From the NCBI GenBank assembly GCA_000182565.2, contig KQ257453.1: 64,000 nucleotides of DNA. One strand, 5' to 3'. The position numbers and the translations under genes were made by a program. The stretch is from Spizellomyces punctatus DAOM BR117. Lineage: Eukaryota. How positions within the stretch are numbered: the stretch's first letter is position 1; each line of letters begins with the position of its first letter. A model generated the notes under the pieces. The model was not told where the DNA came from. It did no database searches and saw nothing but the letters and a program-made list of their open reading frames with translations. Positions 42,901 through 54,686 of this stretch are shown piece after piece.

Positions 42901-43463
42901 TGCTTCAATATGGCGATTCTGTCTCTGTTTTTCATGGTGACGACGACGATGTGGTAACATGGAACCTGCCCGATGATCCCACCGCATGCGGACCTCTGAC
43001 ATTTTCGCGAAAGACGCTTTCAACGCTCTCTGCACCTCTTCAAGTTCTCCTCTACGGATCCTACAAGGAGACCATTGAAAAAGTAGTTACGATCCGCGAT
43101 GTGAAGTATCCAGTATGGAAGCTATTTTTGGCATACTGTGAAGTGATTTCCAATAGGGTTCCGGAGAGATACACCCCAGTGGATATTGGATTGTGTGATA
43201 CAGAAATGCTTGAAACCCTACTGTCCTTGTATCAATTGGCAGACAAGTTCTTAGTCGACGACCTGCGACAAGTGTGCCAAGAGGTGTGCGTTTTCTGGTG
43301 CCGTGCTGCTGTTGAAAAGGGGGATGCGGAGATTGTCGGACGTCTTTGGCAATGGATAAGGATGATTGACTTTGGGGAAGAGGAATGGCGAACCAGGATG
43401 GAAAAAATCAGTTTCTGGGGCTTGTGTTGCTGTGCTGGAGAAGTTGGACGAGGACAAGGATGA
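39918..43463 (+). CDS. 1181-aa single-exon protein: NLS, probable ARM/HEAT-like helical region, C-terminal BTB/POZ domain
   Basis: RPRKKPKL; Leu-rich amphipathic helices (ALRILANL); BTB-like LSTLSAPLQVLLYGSYKE....VTIRDV....WKLFLAY...LYQLADKFLVDDLRQVC. Confidence 0.75.
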   Translation: MSSSNLTSDMLRPRKKPKLDSPPEEPDVARLLQKLALYREVQERLNVLSCHSPTTLRRLSAYLRYDLERLDLNLSRSKKMHDTLDLLFTVTRALACTRVYEEDVAEVGKQKAEVRATSGMMLHMLEVKHDIGVQTGALRILANLINPSKSLKIRNPAYGTPEMAALMGKWISRDKNGRLVKMLVATVGLDARECRFYALKCLVGLAKFFDQELIVALEDVNLRPFLTVLEEVGCQTATEKTSDSLLGRIDDVYVLCMTLVSELLQKGWSQFFASLDPAFIPGLLKAVRSVAPSSVPDLNPDDESSVPGIVETPDSTIKFLQHAIKTLHLICKRQPEMSLDLLDLDDVHSLILINKSLAYIQRSLPSNAKASLGTLETLRSLVQVNLLISRRRTKPCLNIMAEFRSEMIKVAIGFGMILARTNHVSILRTSLLQPILELFLCNLPQCPRTLQTAIDAQLPLMLVKWWNAMSKPQYLESPHGAKVTSKLKGSILKVLTYVLNDANGLQTYSKMDKEVVIEFHRNLSLNVRRLLSGTEQQQEDTTEAESDPDTIDIYPSIGVRSLRLFSVLFINKLCRLLLTDQGVLADFIDGAYIPNILGLRKSGWSDRSEVTRLLFTVLERAATDSNVRFKMRDGEFWSRDEGGGPATERRSSFTLIHFLLILVVAAGGLLYRADHSDSNRTPKPLDTNIPHILQRAMVFLSDNYGLDTSVSMILCNCPLVTFDKLVDLIPAEWVQRRQSGDFISVLPVVLWVIERSGAASQPAPPELELELDPHNGSSSEHVLVTSLYESAAHFLETLLNTPNCRSQLLTPPTLHVLSSSLANHPIPSLLRILSRLLISEESLEPLVTTFGTSSALEPLLERDDILIAIQASMRSQKGVVRRLLKFWAYFADDFDMRLTVAVAIGWWMGERLIFCVVEEDTEVGRQVAREILERFFETMLDCHAKEDDAVTSRSRVGKVLKYLGWALRQRGRNPLRSWIKGVEVSWPRISTMQQMLQYGDSVSVFHGDDDDVVTWNLPDDPTACGPLTFSRKTLSTLSAPLQVLLYGSYKETIEKVVTIRDVKYPVWKLFLAYCEVISNRVPERYTPVDIGLCDTEMLETLLSLYQLADKFLVDDLRQVCQEVCVFWCRAAVEKGDAEIVGRLWQWIRMIDFGEEEWRTRMEKISFWGLCCCAGEVGRGQG

Positions 43464-43612
43464 ACATTGTAAATAGAACACGTAGCTAAGCTTTTAGCCA
43501 CACTACACGACATTCCAATCCAGCACCAGGACTTCAGATCCGATTCAATCCAGGCCCTGCAAGTTGATCGATTGCTTGGACGAGACCCTCACCTGCTACT
43601 TCAACTCCCGAA

Positions 43613-45322
43613 ATGCTCGACCCACACCAGCAGGCACCACCACCGACAATACCATCGTGGGGAGATCAGCATGGGGGAATCTTTGAAACCCCTTATTATT
43701 ACACTCTCTCAGATCTTGCAGCGCATGCCAAGCGCACAGGTTTTTCAGAGGAAGAAGAAGTGGAAGCCATGCAAAGGGCGACCAGAGTGCTCCGGAGAGT
43801 ATATCGACGTTTGAAAATGTACGTAGTCGAATGGAAGTGCAACTGTACTTGTTATTTTTAGCCAACAGTTTCTTCAAGTCCAGCCAAGACGTTCGCCACT
43901 TCGTCGTACCTTCTGCACCGCTTCTACGCCGTCTGGCCCCGCAAAAGCCCTTACTACACTGACGAGGAAGTTTGTTTGGCCTGCATAGATATGGCATGTA
44001 AATTGGAGGAAACACCCATTGGCATGTCACAGTTGGCGCAGTACGTTTTATGTGAGAGTCGAGGTGTGAGAATGACTGAGAGTGTGAGTAATCGATTGGT
44101 TGGCAGTCTTATAGTGATTTGGTTGGACAACTATATTCATGGTGTATTACACTTCAATCTGGCTAGGAGGCTAAAACAGCGATGGAAGGCAAACTTGCTC
44201 CACATCAGCAGAAGCTTCTCGAAGCGGTTCAGTTCGATACGAACATCGTTCATCCGTTTTCAAGTTGTGCGAAATTTGTCAAGCAGCTTTTTGGTATAGT
44301 ACGCTTTCTTTGTCCAAGTCCTCTTATATACCTTACTTTCCTTTGACACTCTTCAAGTCACAGCTGTAGATACCCGGAAGAAAACTGCGCCAGTAAACCT
44401 ATATCAGCGTGCTTCTTCCATCATCCTCGACAGTTATTCGATACCACTCTGCATCCAATTTCCCCCGCACGTTATTGCCATGGCATCATTGTACCTAGCC
44501 TCAAAGTTCTGGTCGGAATTTCCAGCCGTTCAAAGCGAATTTGTTGAGAGCTTGTGCTGTAGGATGGAGGAAATTGAAGGCAAGTCTTTGAGGTTCGCCA
44601 GTTTCGCGGATCGATATTATTCCGCACAAGTTAGCATACCAACGCATCATATTTGTTTAGACGCTGCAATTCAATTGCTTGAAATGTATCTTAGAGCTCC
44701 AAATCCTGAAAGCTCTCCGACCCTATATAAACGCTTGCTGGATGAGCTTCAAGAACGTGTGAAGAGTAGGCCACCTTCATTGTATACGAGTCCCGCGACT
44801 CCCGGAGCCGGTAAGTAACAAATCTACGATGACTAGTATACCGCGCTTGTTTGACGACCTTGATTTCTTTCTTGTTCTCCAGATGCGTATTCTACCAACA
44901 GCTACCCGACTTATTCTCCCCACTCTCCACATTCGTACTCCTCCTACTACGGTCCAGCCTCCAGCGCGAGTACGCCGACTGAGGAACGGTACGCAGGGCA
45001 CAAACGACGGCGAACCGAAGAGGATGATTCCGGAAGACGACAAAGGGACAAAGACAGGGAGCGCGATCGGGAGAGAGAGAGAGATAGGGATAGAGACAGA
45101 GAAAGAGAGCGGGACAGGGACTGGGATCGAGAACGAGACCGAGAAAGAGACCGGGATAGGGATAGGGAGAGAGACAGAGAAAGAGAGCGGGACAGGGACT
45201 GGGATCGAGAACGAGACCGAGAAAGACACCGGGATAGGGATAGGATGAGGGATAGAGACCGAGACCGAGATCGGGGTTATAGGGAGTATGAGGGAAGTCG
45301 ACGACGCGGATGGAAGGGCTGA
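43613..45322 (+). CDS. Transcriptional cyclin (cyclin K/T/L-like) with RD/RE-rich C-terminus (multi-exon)
   Basis: TFATSSYLLHRFY, VCLACIDMACKLEETP, LLEAVQFD....HPF, DSYS.PLCIQFPPHVIAMASLYLA; tail RDRERERDRD... Confidence 0.8.
45093..45244 (+). repeat. Tandem 78-bp (26-codon) duplication inside the RD/RE tail of the cyclin
   Basis: 45093-45166 and 45171-45244 are identical over 74 nt except one mismatch (gagacc/gacacc). Confidence 0.9.
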
Positions 45323-45675
45323 GTTGCCATTATATATAGCTGGCGTCGTTCCGAACAACACAGCACCTTCGTCGTGCACTACTTCACATGAGTACCTGGA
45401 AAATCTCAGATGCTACAGTTACCCCCGCTGCTTAGCTTACACTGGTTTGATGAGATCCAAACGAACTCACACTCTCAATGATTATGTCAAAGGTGATGAG
45501 TCACTATGTATGAGTTTCTCGAACTGCTTGCAAGGATATTGTGGGACGATGTACCAGATTGTCGGTACTAGGGCTTAGTAATCCTGCGAAGGATTCCATG
45601 GGCATGGGAGATGTGATGCAGGAAAATCAGTCGTGCTTTCCCCCGCATTCCCATATTTACTGGCAACAAGTAACA

Positions 45676-47164
45676 ATGCACTCTGAAGTACTCGTCCTAG
45701 ATACAGTGAACTTGGGTGACAAACGGCAACGGACGACAGCTCCACAGCATGTAGCCGACGAACCCACGATTGATCATATTGTGCTCGAAACACCAACAGA
45801 CGAACAGAGCGATCCCTTTTCTCTTGCAAGCCGGGTTGTTTCTCCAGAGCGCATCACGGATCTCCGCAGACGAAATCAATCTATCGGTAACAAACGGGTT
45901 GCAGCGTTCTACCAAGAGCAGAACGATGAAATCCGACGTCTTCTCTCTCCAATTGATGGCTCGCCATCTTCCGACGACGATGAGCACAAGTCCTCTTCAA
46001 AACAGTCCAAGAATTTTCGCCTGCAATTAGCCATTCAAGGGTCATTTGCTGCAAATGTACTTCTTTCTGGGTTGCAGCTTTATGCCGCGATATCCAGCGG
46101 ATCTATGTCGCTGTTTGCGACAATGGCCGATTCCCTCTTCGATCCGCTTTCGAATTTGATTTTAAATTTGGCACACCAAACGAGTGTCAAGTGGGATGTG
46201 GACAAATACCCCTCTGGGAAGGCCAGAATGGAAACGATTGGAAACGTGGTGTATAGCTTTTTGATGGGGACGGTATCAATTGTGCTCATTGTCGAATCTG
46301 TACGAACAATTGCTCAGCATAGTGGAGAAGAGCTGTTTGAATTTAATGTCCCTGCCGTCGTTTCCGTAGGGGTCGCTTTCGGTAAAGCGTCCCATGACGC
46401 TCCTCTTTTCTTTTGCTGTGACGCTTACCGTAGCATTTCCATTCCACCAGGTGTAAAATTCCTCCTCTTCCTATACTGTTTTTCTTTGCGCTCCGACTCT
46501 CAGGTTCGCATGCTCTGGGAAGACCATCGGAATGACTTGTTTGTCAATGCTTTTGGGATAATGACGAGTGTGGCTGGAGGGAAATTGAAGTGGTGGATTG
46601 ACCCGGTCGGCGCTATTGTGATTTCGGCGGTAATTTTAGCATTGTGGACCAGAACCGCGTATGGTAGGTTGTTCGATGACATATATGTTGTTTTTAGTGT
46701 TTGTGGAGAACGGTCCTTAGTTCTTACGATGGCTCATTGTGTTTCCAGAACAACTTCAACAACTTGCGGGAGTTTCTGCAAGTCCAGAGTTCATTCGCTT
46801 TGTTACATACAAAGCAATGACATTTGACCCTCTTATACAAAAAATTGATACCTGTCGGGCATACTACTCTGGCCCAGTATGTTGTAATTCGATTCTCATG
46901 CTCTAGGTGGTGCTAACACAGACCGCGCAGAAAATCATCGTGGAGGTGGACATCGTCATGGACCCTTCCACCCCTCTTTGGAAAACTCATGATGTTGGCG
47001 AGGCTCTTCAAATGGCTTTGGAGAAGTTGGACAATGTGGAGAGAGCATATGTTCACGTGGATCACGAAACGGACCATAAGCCGGTAAGTGGTGGGGAGTG
47101 TATCGCTCTATGCGGTCTTTTTCTGACCTTGCTTCGGTGCGCTTAGGAGCACAAAAGTGCTTGA
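45676..47164 (+). CDS. Cation diffusion facilitator, MTP8/Mn-CDF-like (multi-exon)
   Basis: FYQEQN, SGSMSLFATMADSLFD, KYPSGKARME, WEDHRND, WWIDPVGA, VEVDIVM..HDVGEALQ..LE.L..VERAYVHVDHE. Confidence 0.9.
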
Positions 47165-48028
47165 GAAATGCTCTTTAATTATCATTCAAAATGCGGTTGG
47201 ATTATCAGAGATACACTACTGATGAGCGGACTGTATTATATTATGCCGACAGTGCAGACACTGCTGTACATGATACCGCTTCCGGGAGAAGTGACTAGCA
47301 GATGGGGCTATGATTACATAGGACCGTTTCAAATAGCCTTGTGGCGATGGGATAGATGGTTACGTTCGGATGATCGAAGACTGTTTACATTGAAGTAACT
47401 CTCTGTTCGGCGACGTCATTGGACTCCAGTTGGGGATCCAGTGCTCTGCAGCCTCCTATCTCTTTCAAGACTCAGCCTCCAACTACAACCCTTTAAGTCG
47501 TAAGGTGAGGTTCCTCCCGTCCGGCTCCTGTCCCAATTTCTATTTCGATGGGGCCTCAAGTCCTAGATCAGCATTAGCCGCCTCCCACCGCTTCCGTGAT
47601 TCCTTTGAGCTTTTCAGACTCCGTCTTTTACGCCTCACATACTATATCAAAAGATAATCCGAGTAGACCGGCCTCCCATATCAGAAAGTTGTTGAGGTTA
47701 TTCATGGTCACAAAGGACTAACCTCTCGCCGTAGACATGCTTCAAATTCGTCTTTGAGTGTGTCACATCGCCCTCGAAGGCGGCCCCAAAGGTTCTCGTT
47801 ATCCACGCAGGCGCGAAACCTGCTGGAAACGTCCTCACAGGCTTCCGGAAGAGTCATGAAGATGTTGGTACATGCCAGCAGAGAGATCGGATGGGGAGGC
47901 TATTTCATGGCGAAACCATGGCAACTCATTGGGGCACAGCACTGCCATGTGGATGGAACCGTGGTCGAACGCACGAACCAGCACACAGCGGAGAAAACGA
48001 CAGTCAAATCTTGCAAGATGTGTAGATC

Positions 48029-49998
48029 ATGACGTTCTTCCAACTTGTAGCCGTGCTGACAATCTTCTGGGGACTTTTGCACTATTCAACACGTCATTGG
48101 CTGCTGCAGTCTTCTACCTCCCGTCCACATCGGCATCCCAGCTTCCTCCCAACCACGGCCTTCAACAACCAACGGAGTACGAGCTATACCCGAACGTTTG
48201 GCCACTTGCGTGTCACAACTACTTCCCTTAATTACTTCTTTGCATCTCTCTATTCGCGGGTTTCACCACAGTGGTGGAAACAATGGTTTGCCCTTGGGAC
48301 GGTGGTGGGAATGGTGTGCATGGTGGCCGGACTTGGAGTAGTTGCCCATGGAGTGCTGAACTTTTTACTCAAGTTTTGGGCTGAGAAAGTAAAACACGAT
48401 GAAGACTTCTTAGCGGATTTCAGAGGGAATAGCTCAATGGTGTACTCAACGGGGGCAATGTTGACAACTGTTACTGGGGGCGACGCCTTGGTATCTTTGG
48501 TAAGTAGCTCGACGAATACTGATCACATACAAATGCTGTGTGTCCAAACAGAGGGTAACTGGCAACGTTTGTCATCAGATACCCGGAGTCAATTTGCCAA
48601 TATCTTCTCTTGGATATTACCTTTTTGCCCTGCTTTTCGCCGGTATTGTGCATGAGCTGGGCCACGCTCTTGCAGCAGTGCTGTAAGTAAGTTTGCTCGT
48701 CTGCTGACGATTCAAGGATCATGGGCCCTAAACATCCTTTTGCATCTGATCATCATACGTGCAGCTACCGAGTCCCAATTCAATCTTCAGGCTTGTTTCT
48801 GACCGTTCTCTATCCTGGCGCCTTTGTCGAGCTGCACGATCCCACTCTGAGCCTTCTAGGGCCACCGGAAAGGCTGAGCATCATCTGCGCCGGCGTATGG
48901 CACAACACCGTTCTGGCAATTTTCACCCTTTTCGCTATATATACTCTCCCATTGTGGATGGGGTGGGGTTACACGCAATTTGATCATGGCGTCGTGGTAC
49001 TGAACATCATGAACCACTCGCCACTGGTCGGACATCTGTGGGTGGGAAGCCAAATTGTCAGTGTAAACGGGGCGGATATCAACGATGGCATTCGAGGATG
49101 GGAACAACTTCTTTGGAATCAAGTAGTAGTTGAAAGAGATACAGGAGGATGGTGTATTCCACATTCATCGATTGATGGTGAGTCGCACAGAGGAAGTCAT
49201 CTGGTGTGCTCACAGGACTTGGAATAACCTCCTGCTTTTTGTGCTCCTTCAAGCCGAAGCCCTTACGTGCTGCGATATTACTCCATCAAACCCTCTCGGC
49301 CCACCCAATGTCTCTTCTCAATGTTTCACCTCGCAGAATGGCACGAAATCCTGTCTTTACCTCAACAATGTCATGCGCGCTTACCAGTCTTGTAATGTAA
49401 CGCAAGATTGCCAAAAGAGTGTGACGGGCGATTCGATTCCAGCTCAAAGAGCAATGTGTATGCGTCCGTATATTCTGAACCGCTTCATTCGAATCTTGCG
49501 GATCGGTGTCAGAGAAGGCGGAGAGGTGCGAGATGTAATCTACTTGGGAGATCCTAGAGAGGTCTGGGAAGAAGGTAACGACATGCTGTCCAGTTGCAGG
49601 CTTACTATATGTGATTTAATTGAGTTGACTTTTCGCTGTTAGTCAGAGTTGGATCGCTCCAACCGCGGGCATGGTTCCTTCCTGTCGTCCTTCCATACAT
49701 GATGGAACGTCTTTTGCAGTAGGTGCACATCTCTATTTGATGCACCCCATTCTCACTTCCTAATCGAGAGTCTAGTTTCATATTTTCAATATCGGTTGCT
49801 CTAGCCGTTTTCAACATGGTGCCTGTCTTTAAGCTGGATGGACATCACGCGCTCATTGCATTACTCGACTGGATATGGGCGAAGAGCAAAAATAGAGAGC
49901 GGGGAAAGATTGTTGTACGTAGGTGGATTGAGGTAGCGAGTACGGTGGGATTAGGTATACTGATGGTGGACGGGCTTCGGGCGGCAATAACCGGCTGA
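48029..49998 (+). CDS. Site-2 protease (peptidase M50, MBTPS2-like), multi-exon
   Basis: [17 protein letters not shown] (HEXXH at 48651-48665), [17 protein letters not shown]-like insert, Cys-rich loop, [10 protein letters not shown]. Confidence 0.9.
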
Positions 49999-50127
49999 TT
50001 AATCTAAAGACAGGGAGCTGCTACGCATTCACCCTTTCGACGAAGAAGATAGACCCAACTACGGGATTACACAATTATCATAATTACTACCACACAAAAT
50101 CTGACATTTGCCAGCAACCGCACATGT

Positions 50128-50888
50128 TTATTCCTTTCCGGCTCCGCTCTCTTTCTGCTTCCTCCTCAATTTCACGTCAAAGTTATACACTCTTGCTGTG
50201 TTCACCTCCATCGTCGTAATCTGATCCCTCAAAAATTCTAGATCCTCATCCACCTGTTCTAAACTCGTTTTCGCGCTGTCGAGTTTACTTTGCAACAAGT
50301 CCTTTGCTTCCGCTGTCGAGTATTCCAACATGACATTTGCCCCGAGCCAGAGATTAACGGTTTTGGTTTTTGATGGGTTTATTTTGGCTTTGGCCCATAA
50401 GGTGTCGTTCAGCTCATAGTGCGTTTCGAGTGGTGTTGATGAATCCTTCCCAATAGGACGCAACAAAGACACGTATCAGCACATGCAGATATCTACTGGG
50501 TAAATCACAAACCCACCTGGTTGGAAATCAGAAATTGCACCATCTCTAGAGTTTTCTTTATCTCGGGAATTTTGGTCTCAAGGCTCTTTTTCCGTTGCAA
50601 AAGGTGGATTTCCATGTACTTGTACTTGCTTTTGCAAATGTAAGATCAATATACATCGTTGCAAGGCTGTTATGTTGCTACGAAGTTGACTCACGAAATC
50701 ATTTCCTGGAACTTGCGCAAGGTGGTCTCAACCTCTCCTACGGTCGTGTACTCTTCCACCTTATCCTATATTTGAGGCAATCGGGAAGCTGAGAATAAAT
50801 CCCTGGTATCATTGCGATTTCGAAATATAATACCCACCACAAAGGGAGCTTTCGGGATGCCCCGCGCATTGGATTCGACTTGTGCCAT
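50128..50888 (-). CDS. Prefoldin subunit 3 (Gim2/Pac10/VBP1), multi-exon
   Basis: NARGIPKAPFV, KIPEIKKTLEMV, YELNDTLWAKA, VNLWLGANVMLEY, LRDQITTMEVNTARVYN. Confidence 0.93.
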
Positions 50889-51104
50889 ATTCTTTTTATA
50901 ATGTGTGCTGGAGTGAAGGTGATCTGCACGATGTTTGGGACTTCCAGTCGCCGCGTTGCTCACTTGTGTGCTTCCAACCAGGAGACGGTTCTTTACATTC
51001 CAGGGACATTTCATAACACATTGTGGCTTAGCCCCGCAGCTTACTCACGCGGGACGATCACGATGACAGTAAACGACTTGTGGGTGCCTTCCCATCTTGT
51101 CACA

Positions 51105-52624
51105 ATGTACCTCCGTTGCTTGCTTCTTGCGTTCCTTCCACTAGCTTTGGGAGCCTCTCCTCAGGAGTATTTTGGCGAACCTTCGCGTACTTCTCCGTTA
51201 GCAGCATGTCCACCACTTCCACCACGCGCCAGTCCACCAGACAGTGTGTACGACTTGCGAGTATGAACGTCCTTCATTCCACATTCTGGTGACTACGTTC
51301 CTAGTGACGAGTACTGATATTTAATGTGTAGGTTGACGATATTAAAGTAATCGCTGCCTTGGGTGATAGGTATGGCTCCAGAGCCGTCTTTCCTGTCAGA
51401 GTGGCCTCTGTATTTTTGACATGGTACAAGCATAACGGCAGGATTAGGGGCTAAAGGGATCGTTCGAGGTGACCCACCGTCTTTTGAGAATACTATGGAA
51501 GATCGAGGAGTACGTTATCCTATCACGCAGGGCCGTCAAATTTGACAATACGTAAACAATACACTAATGGTGCTGCTAGGTTTCCTTTTCCATGGGCGGC
51601 GACCCAGCTGCATTGACCCTCCCTAACCTAATTCAGCATTATCGCCGGGATCTTGTTGGGGCCAGTACGGGAAGTCATTTGGCGGAAATATGGTATGACA
51701 GGGCAAATGACGCACTTTAGCAATTGGCGCAAATCTCATGCTGATCATCAGCTACGGACCGTGGTGCCCACCATTTCAATACCGTCCATCTGACAATATG
51801 AATGCCGCGCAGTCTGGGGCAATGACTTCCAATCTAGAGTATGAGTTGACATACCTCATAACCCGTCTTCGTACGGACCAGGCAGTTGACTTTGAAAATG
51901 ATTTCAAGGTGAGATGGAGTCTGACGTCAATGCCATTGAAGCGTTACCCTGTCCTGACTTTGTAATCCAAGCTCATAACAATATTCATCGGGAATAACGA
52001 CGCCTGTTTCGGTTGTGAGCCCTTCTCAGGTCACACATATTTGTCACCTGAACTTTTCGAAATGGCAATTCGTGCATTATTGGAAAAGATACGTTTCAAT
52101 GTGCCACGAGCGGTGGTGAATCTCATGATGGGCTTCAATGTCTCTCAAGTATGGGATCTGACCCACGACGATCCTTATTGCAGCAAACTGAGGAACTCGG
52201 GGCTTGTCTTCGAATGGTAAGATGAATTCCTGCGTGTCTTTGGTAGACAAACGAAATATTGACGAAGTCCCTCAGCACATGTGCATTTCTTTCTCCCATC
52301 CTACGGACGTTGATGGACACATTAATCCAGTCCTATAACGATCGTCTTGCTAGCATTATGAAATCCTATCAAAACAGACAGGATCCAGGATTCGCAGTGA
52401 TAGTCGATCCGCTATTGAAGAATATCCGCATACAGGATTGGACTTTGGAACATCTAAGTAATGTGGATTGTTTCCATCCAGCGGTGCAAGCGCATGAGGT
52501 GTTAGCCAAAGGAGTATGGTATAATTTGTTTCGCAGCAGCGAAGATAAACTCAACGTGGTCGCCCCAGACGACGAATTACCTATTTGGTGTCCGACAAAT
52601 GAGTCGAGAATTATGATGACATGA
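51105..52624 (+). CDS. Secreted SGNH/GDSL phospholipase B1-like protein (multi-exon)
   Basis: Signal peptide MYLRCLLLAFLPLALG; SVYDLR|VDDIKVIAALGD|SITAG, EDRG.SFSMGGD, NAAQSGA, IFIGNND.C, DCFHP. Confidence 0.85.
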
Positions 52625-52675
52625 CGCAAAATATATGAAATAATTGTCGATATTTACAAATTAAATGATGATCCC

Positions 52676-53542
52676 CTAAACCCTTCGGATTCCTCGCGCA
52701 GAACCGAAACCAAACCAGCCCCGTCGCTCCGGATCTGACATCGTGAAGATGGGTCTATTGTCTGTTACAATAACTCTTTTCGAGCCGCCATGCTGTGCAA
52801 TATCCACAAGGAGGAGTTGGTAATCCCATCGAGAGGTTTCCTTATTCTGGACCATTTCCACATGTACTGTCCCAGATGACTTTGCTCCTTTAATGTAGAA
52901 TTTCATAAGCAGGGTTTTCCCTGAAGTCGGATCTTCCACTATGTGATGGCTGAACGTTATACCAGTCAGCATGGCATTCTTGGGTACCTCAGGTCGAGAA
53001 AGTCACAAACCTTAGCGATTTTCCTCTCCGTCCACCCTCATCAGCCAATCCAGTCATGGGTATCCCCACAAGTTTCTGTACTTCTTCGCTGTTCATAACT
53101 CGTTCCAAGGCATCATCGTACACCTTCCAAGCATCGGTTTGATCGACGAGTTCAAGGCCTATGGAGTAGATTGCTGTGCCAATCACACCTAGCCCAACGA
53201 TAATGACACCGGTATAACCTAGGGTTTGCAGGGCATGGGCAACTGCAGAGTTGGCGGTATAGTTTGGTGAGCGGATGGTAGTCAGAATTATGTATGACAT
53301 CCACTGGTACCTCGCTCACTAAGTCGCATCTCAGCCCATGGCACCTGTTCCCTTCTAGGTCTCTTTGTACGTGACTCGGTTCTTGGACGCTCGCTTGTCG
53401 ATTCTTGCTTTGCACTGGTGGAGGCATAAATGCGGCGGGGGCGACAAGAAGTGTCTTGTTTATTCGGCAAATGGAGGATCGCTGATAGATATCTGACAGC
53501 TGGCGGGTTTGTGCGGTGGGTTAAATGGCGGATTATTGGCAT
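52676..53542 (-). CDS. TIM21: Mitochondrial inner-membrane translocase subunit Tim21 (multi-exon)
   Basis: Basic presequence; YTGVIIVGLGVIGTAIYSI TM; MKFYIKG...GTVHVEM...WDYQLLLVDI. Confidence 0.82.
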
Positions 53543-54686
53543 GATTTCCACTGATCTATGAAATGCTGAAGGGAAACAAGCAAACTCAAGTGGGTGACCA
53601 CTGTTGCCATGGTATCACATCATCTCTGAAATGCTTCACGAGATATCCAACAATGATGGATGAGATTTCCAGCTAGCGGACACACAATCGCTATTTAATG
53701 ACACTACCGACTGGTGTAAAACTTCATGGGATCTGGTTCCCATTTTGGCTTGACATTATTTCGCTTCACAGCACCTCTTATTAGCAGAGTTTATCATTAA
53801 TCGGACAAGTGTGAGTGCAGCGCATTTCTGACGCTGCCGACGTCAATCCTAAGAGTATGCTGGAACATGTAACCCAATCCCTTGTGATATTAATGAAATC
53901 AGGCCACCTTGGCGCACACCTCAGCCTTCTCGCTCAACAATGTGCACTCGATTATTCCCTTGCATTTAACTAGTTATGTTGTTAGCAAGTCACTCGTACT
54001 CTTTTGGTACTGCTGGTCAACAGCCCTTGAGATCCGAGCATTTACTGATCGGCAAAGGCTAACCGCGGATGGTGCACGGTCACGTTAATATCACAAAAGT
54101 TGTCATAGCCCGCAGATGTGCTCAAATTTCAGGAGAGAAGATGGTATGAAAATGAGGCGGCAGGTTTCTCTCAGCACTAGTTTAGCGGCGGAAACTCCAC
54201 TTAATTGAGTCAAGATGATCCATTCACAAGCCCTTCCGCTCCATTGTTGAAGGCAGTCAAATTACAAACGCCTAAAGTTCGTAAGAGTCGGTCGCTTCGG
54301 TAGTCGGCTGCCGTAACCACGATGATGTTTGCCATTGGCATCCGCTGGTGTAGAGGTGACCTCCGCTGTAATTGTAATATATCGAGCACCTGCAACGCGT
54401 AGCTAAGCAAGGAAGTAAGCCATTCGCTCGGCACTGTAGCATGATTCTCGTGATAACACTAGGAGAGCGGACTCCTGTGCCCGCTGATATCATCGATATG
54501 TTTACCAAAAATGTCCCGAGAGTGCCAAGTGCCACCAGTCTCATTCTCACGACCACGCTTTTCGCTGGTAGACCGCCGAATATTGGATAACAGCTCTATT
54601 GCTTTTGATTGAGTCCAAAAAGTTTACTGCACGCATCAACGACTACAGTGCGCCAAGGTCTATTGAAAGTTTTCATGGCTGAACAT

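Noticed and set aside
44777-45379. 200-aa minus-strand ORF rich in S/V/P/I, and a 139-aa alternate-frame ORF
   Set aside because: Shadow frames of the cyclin RD/RE repeat; also not a CRISPR array, as there are no unique spacers
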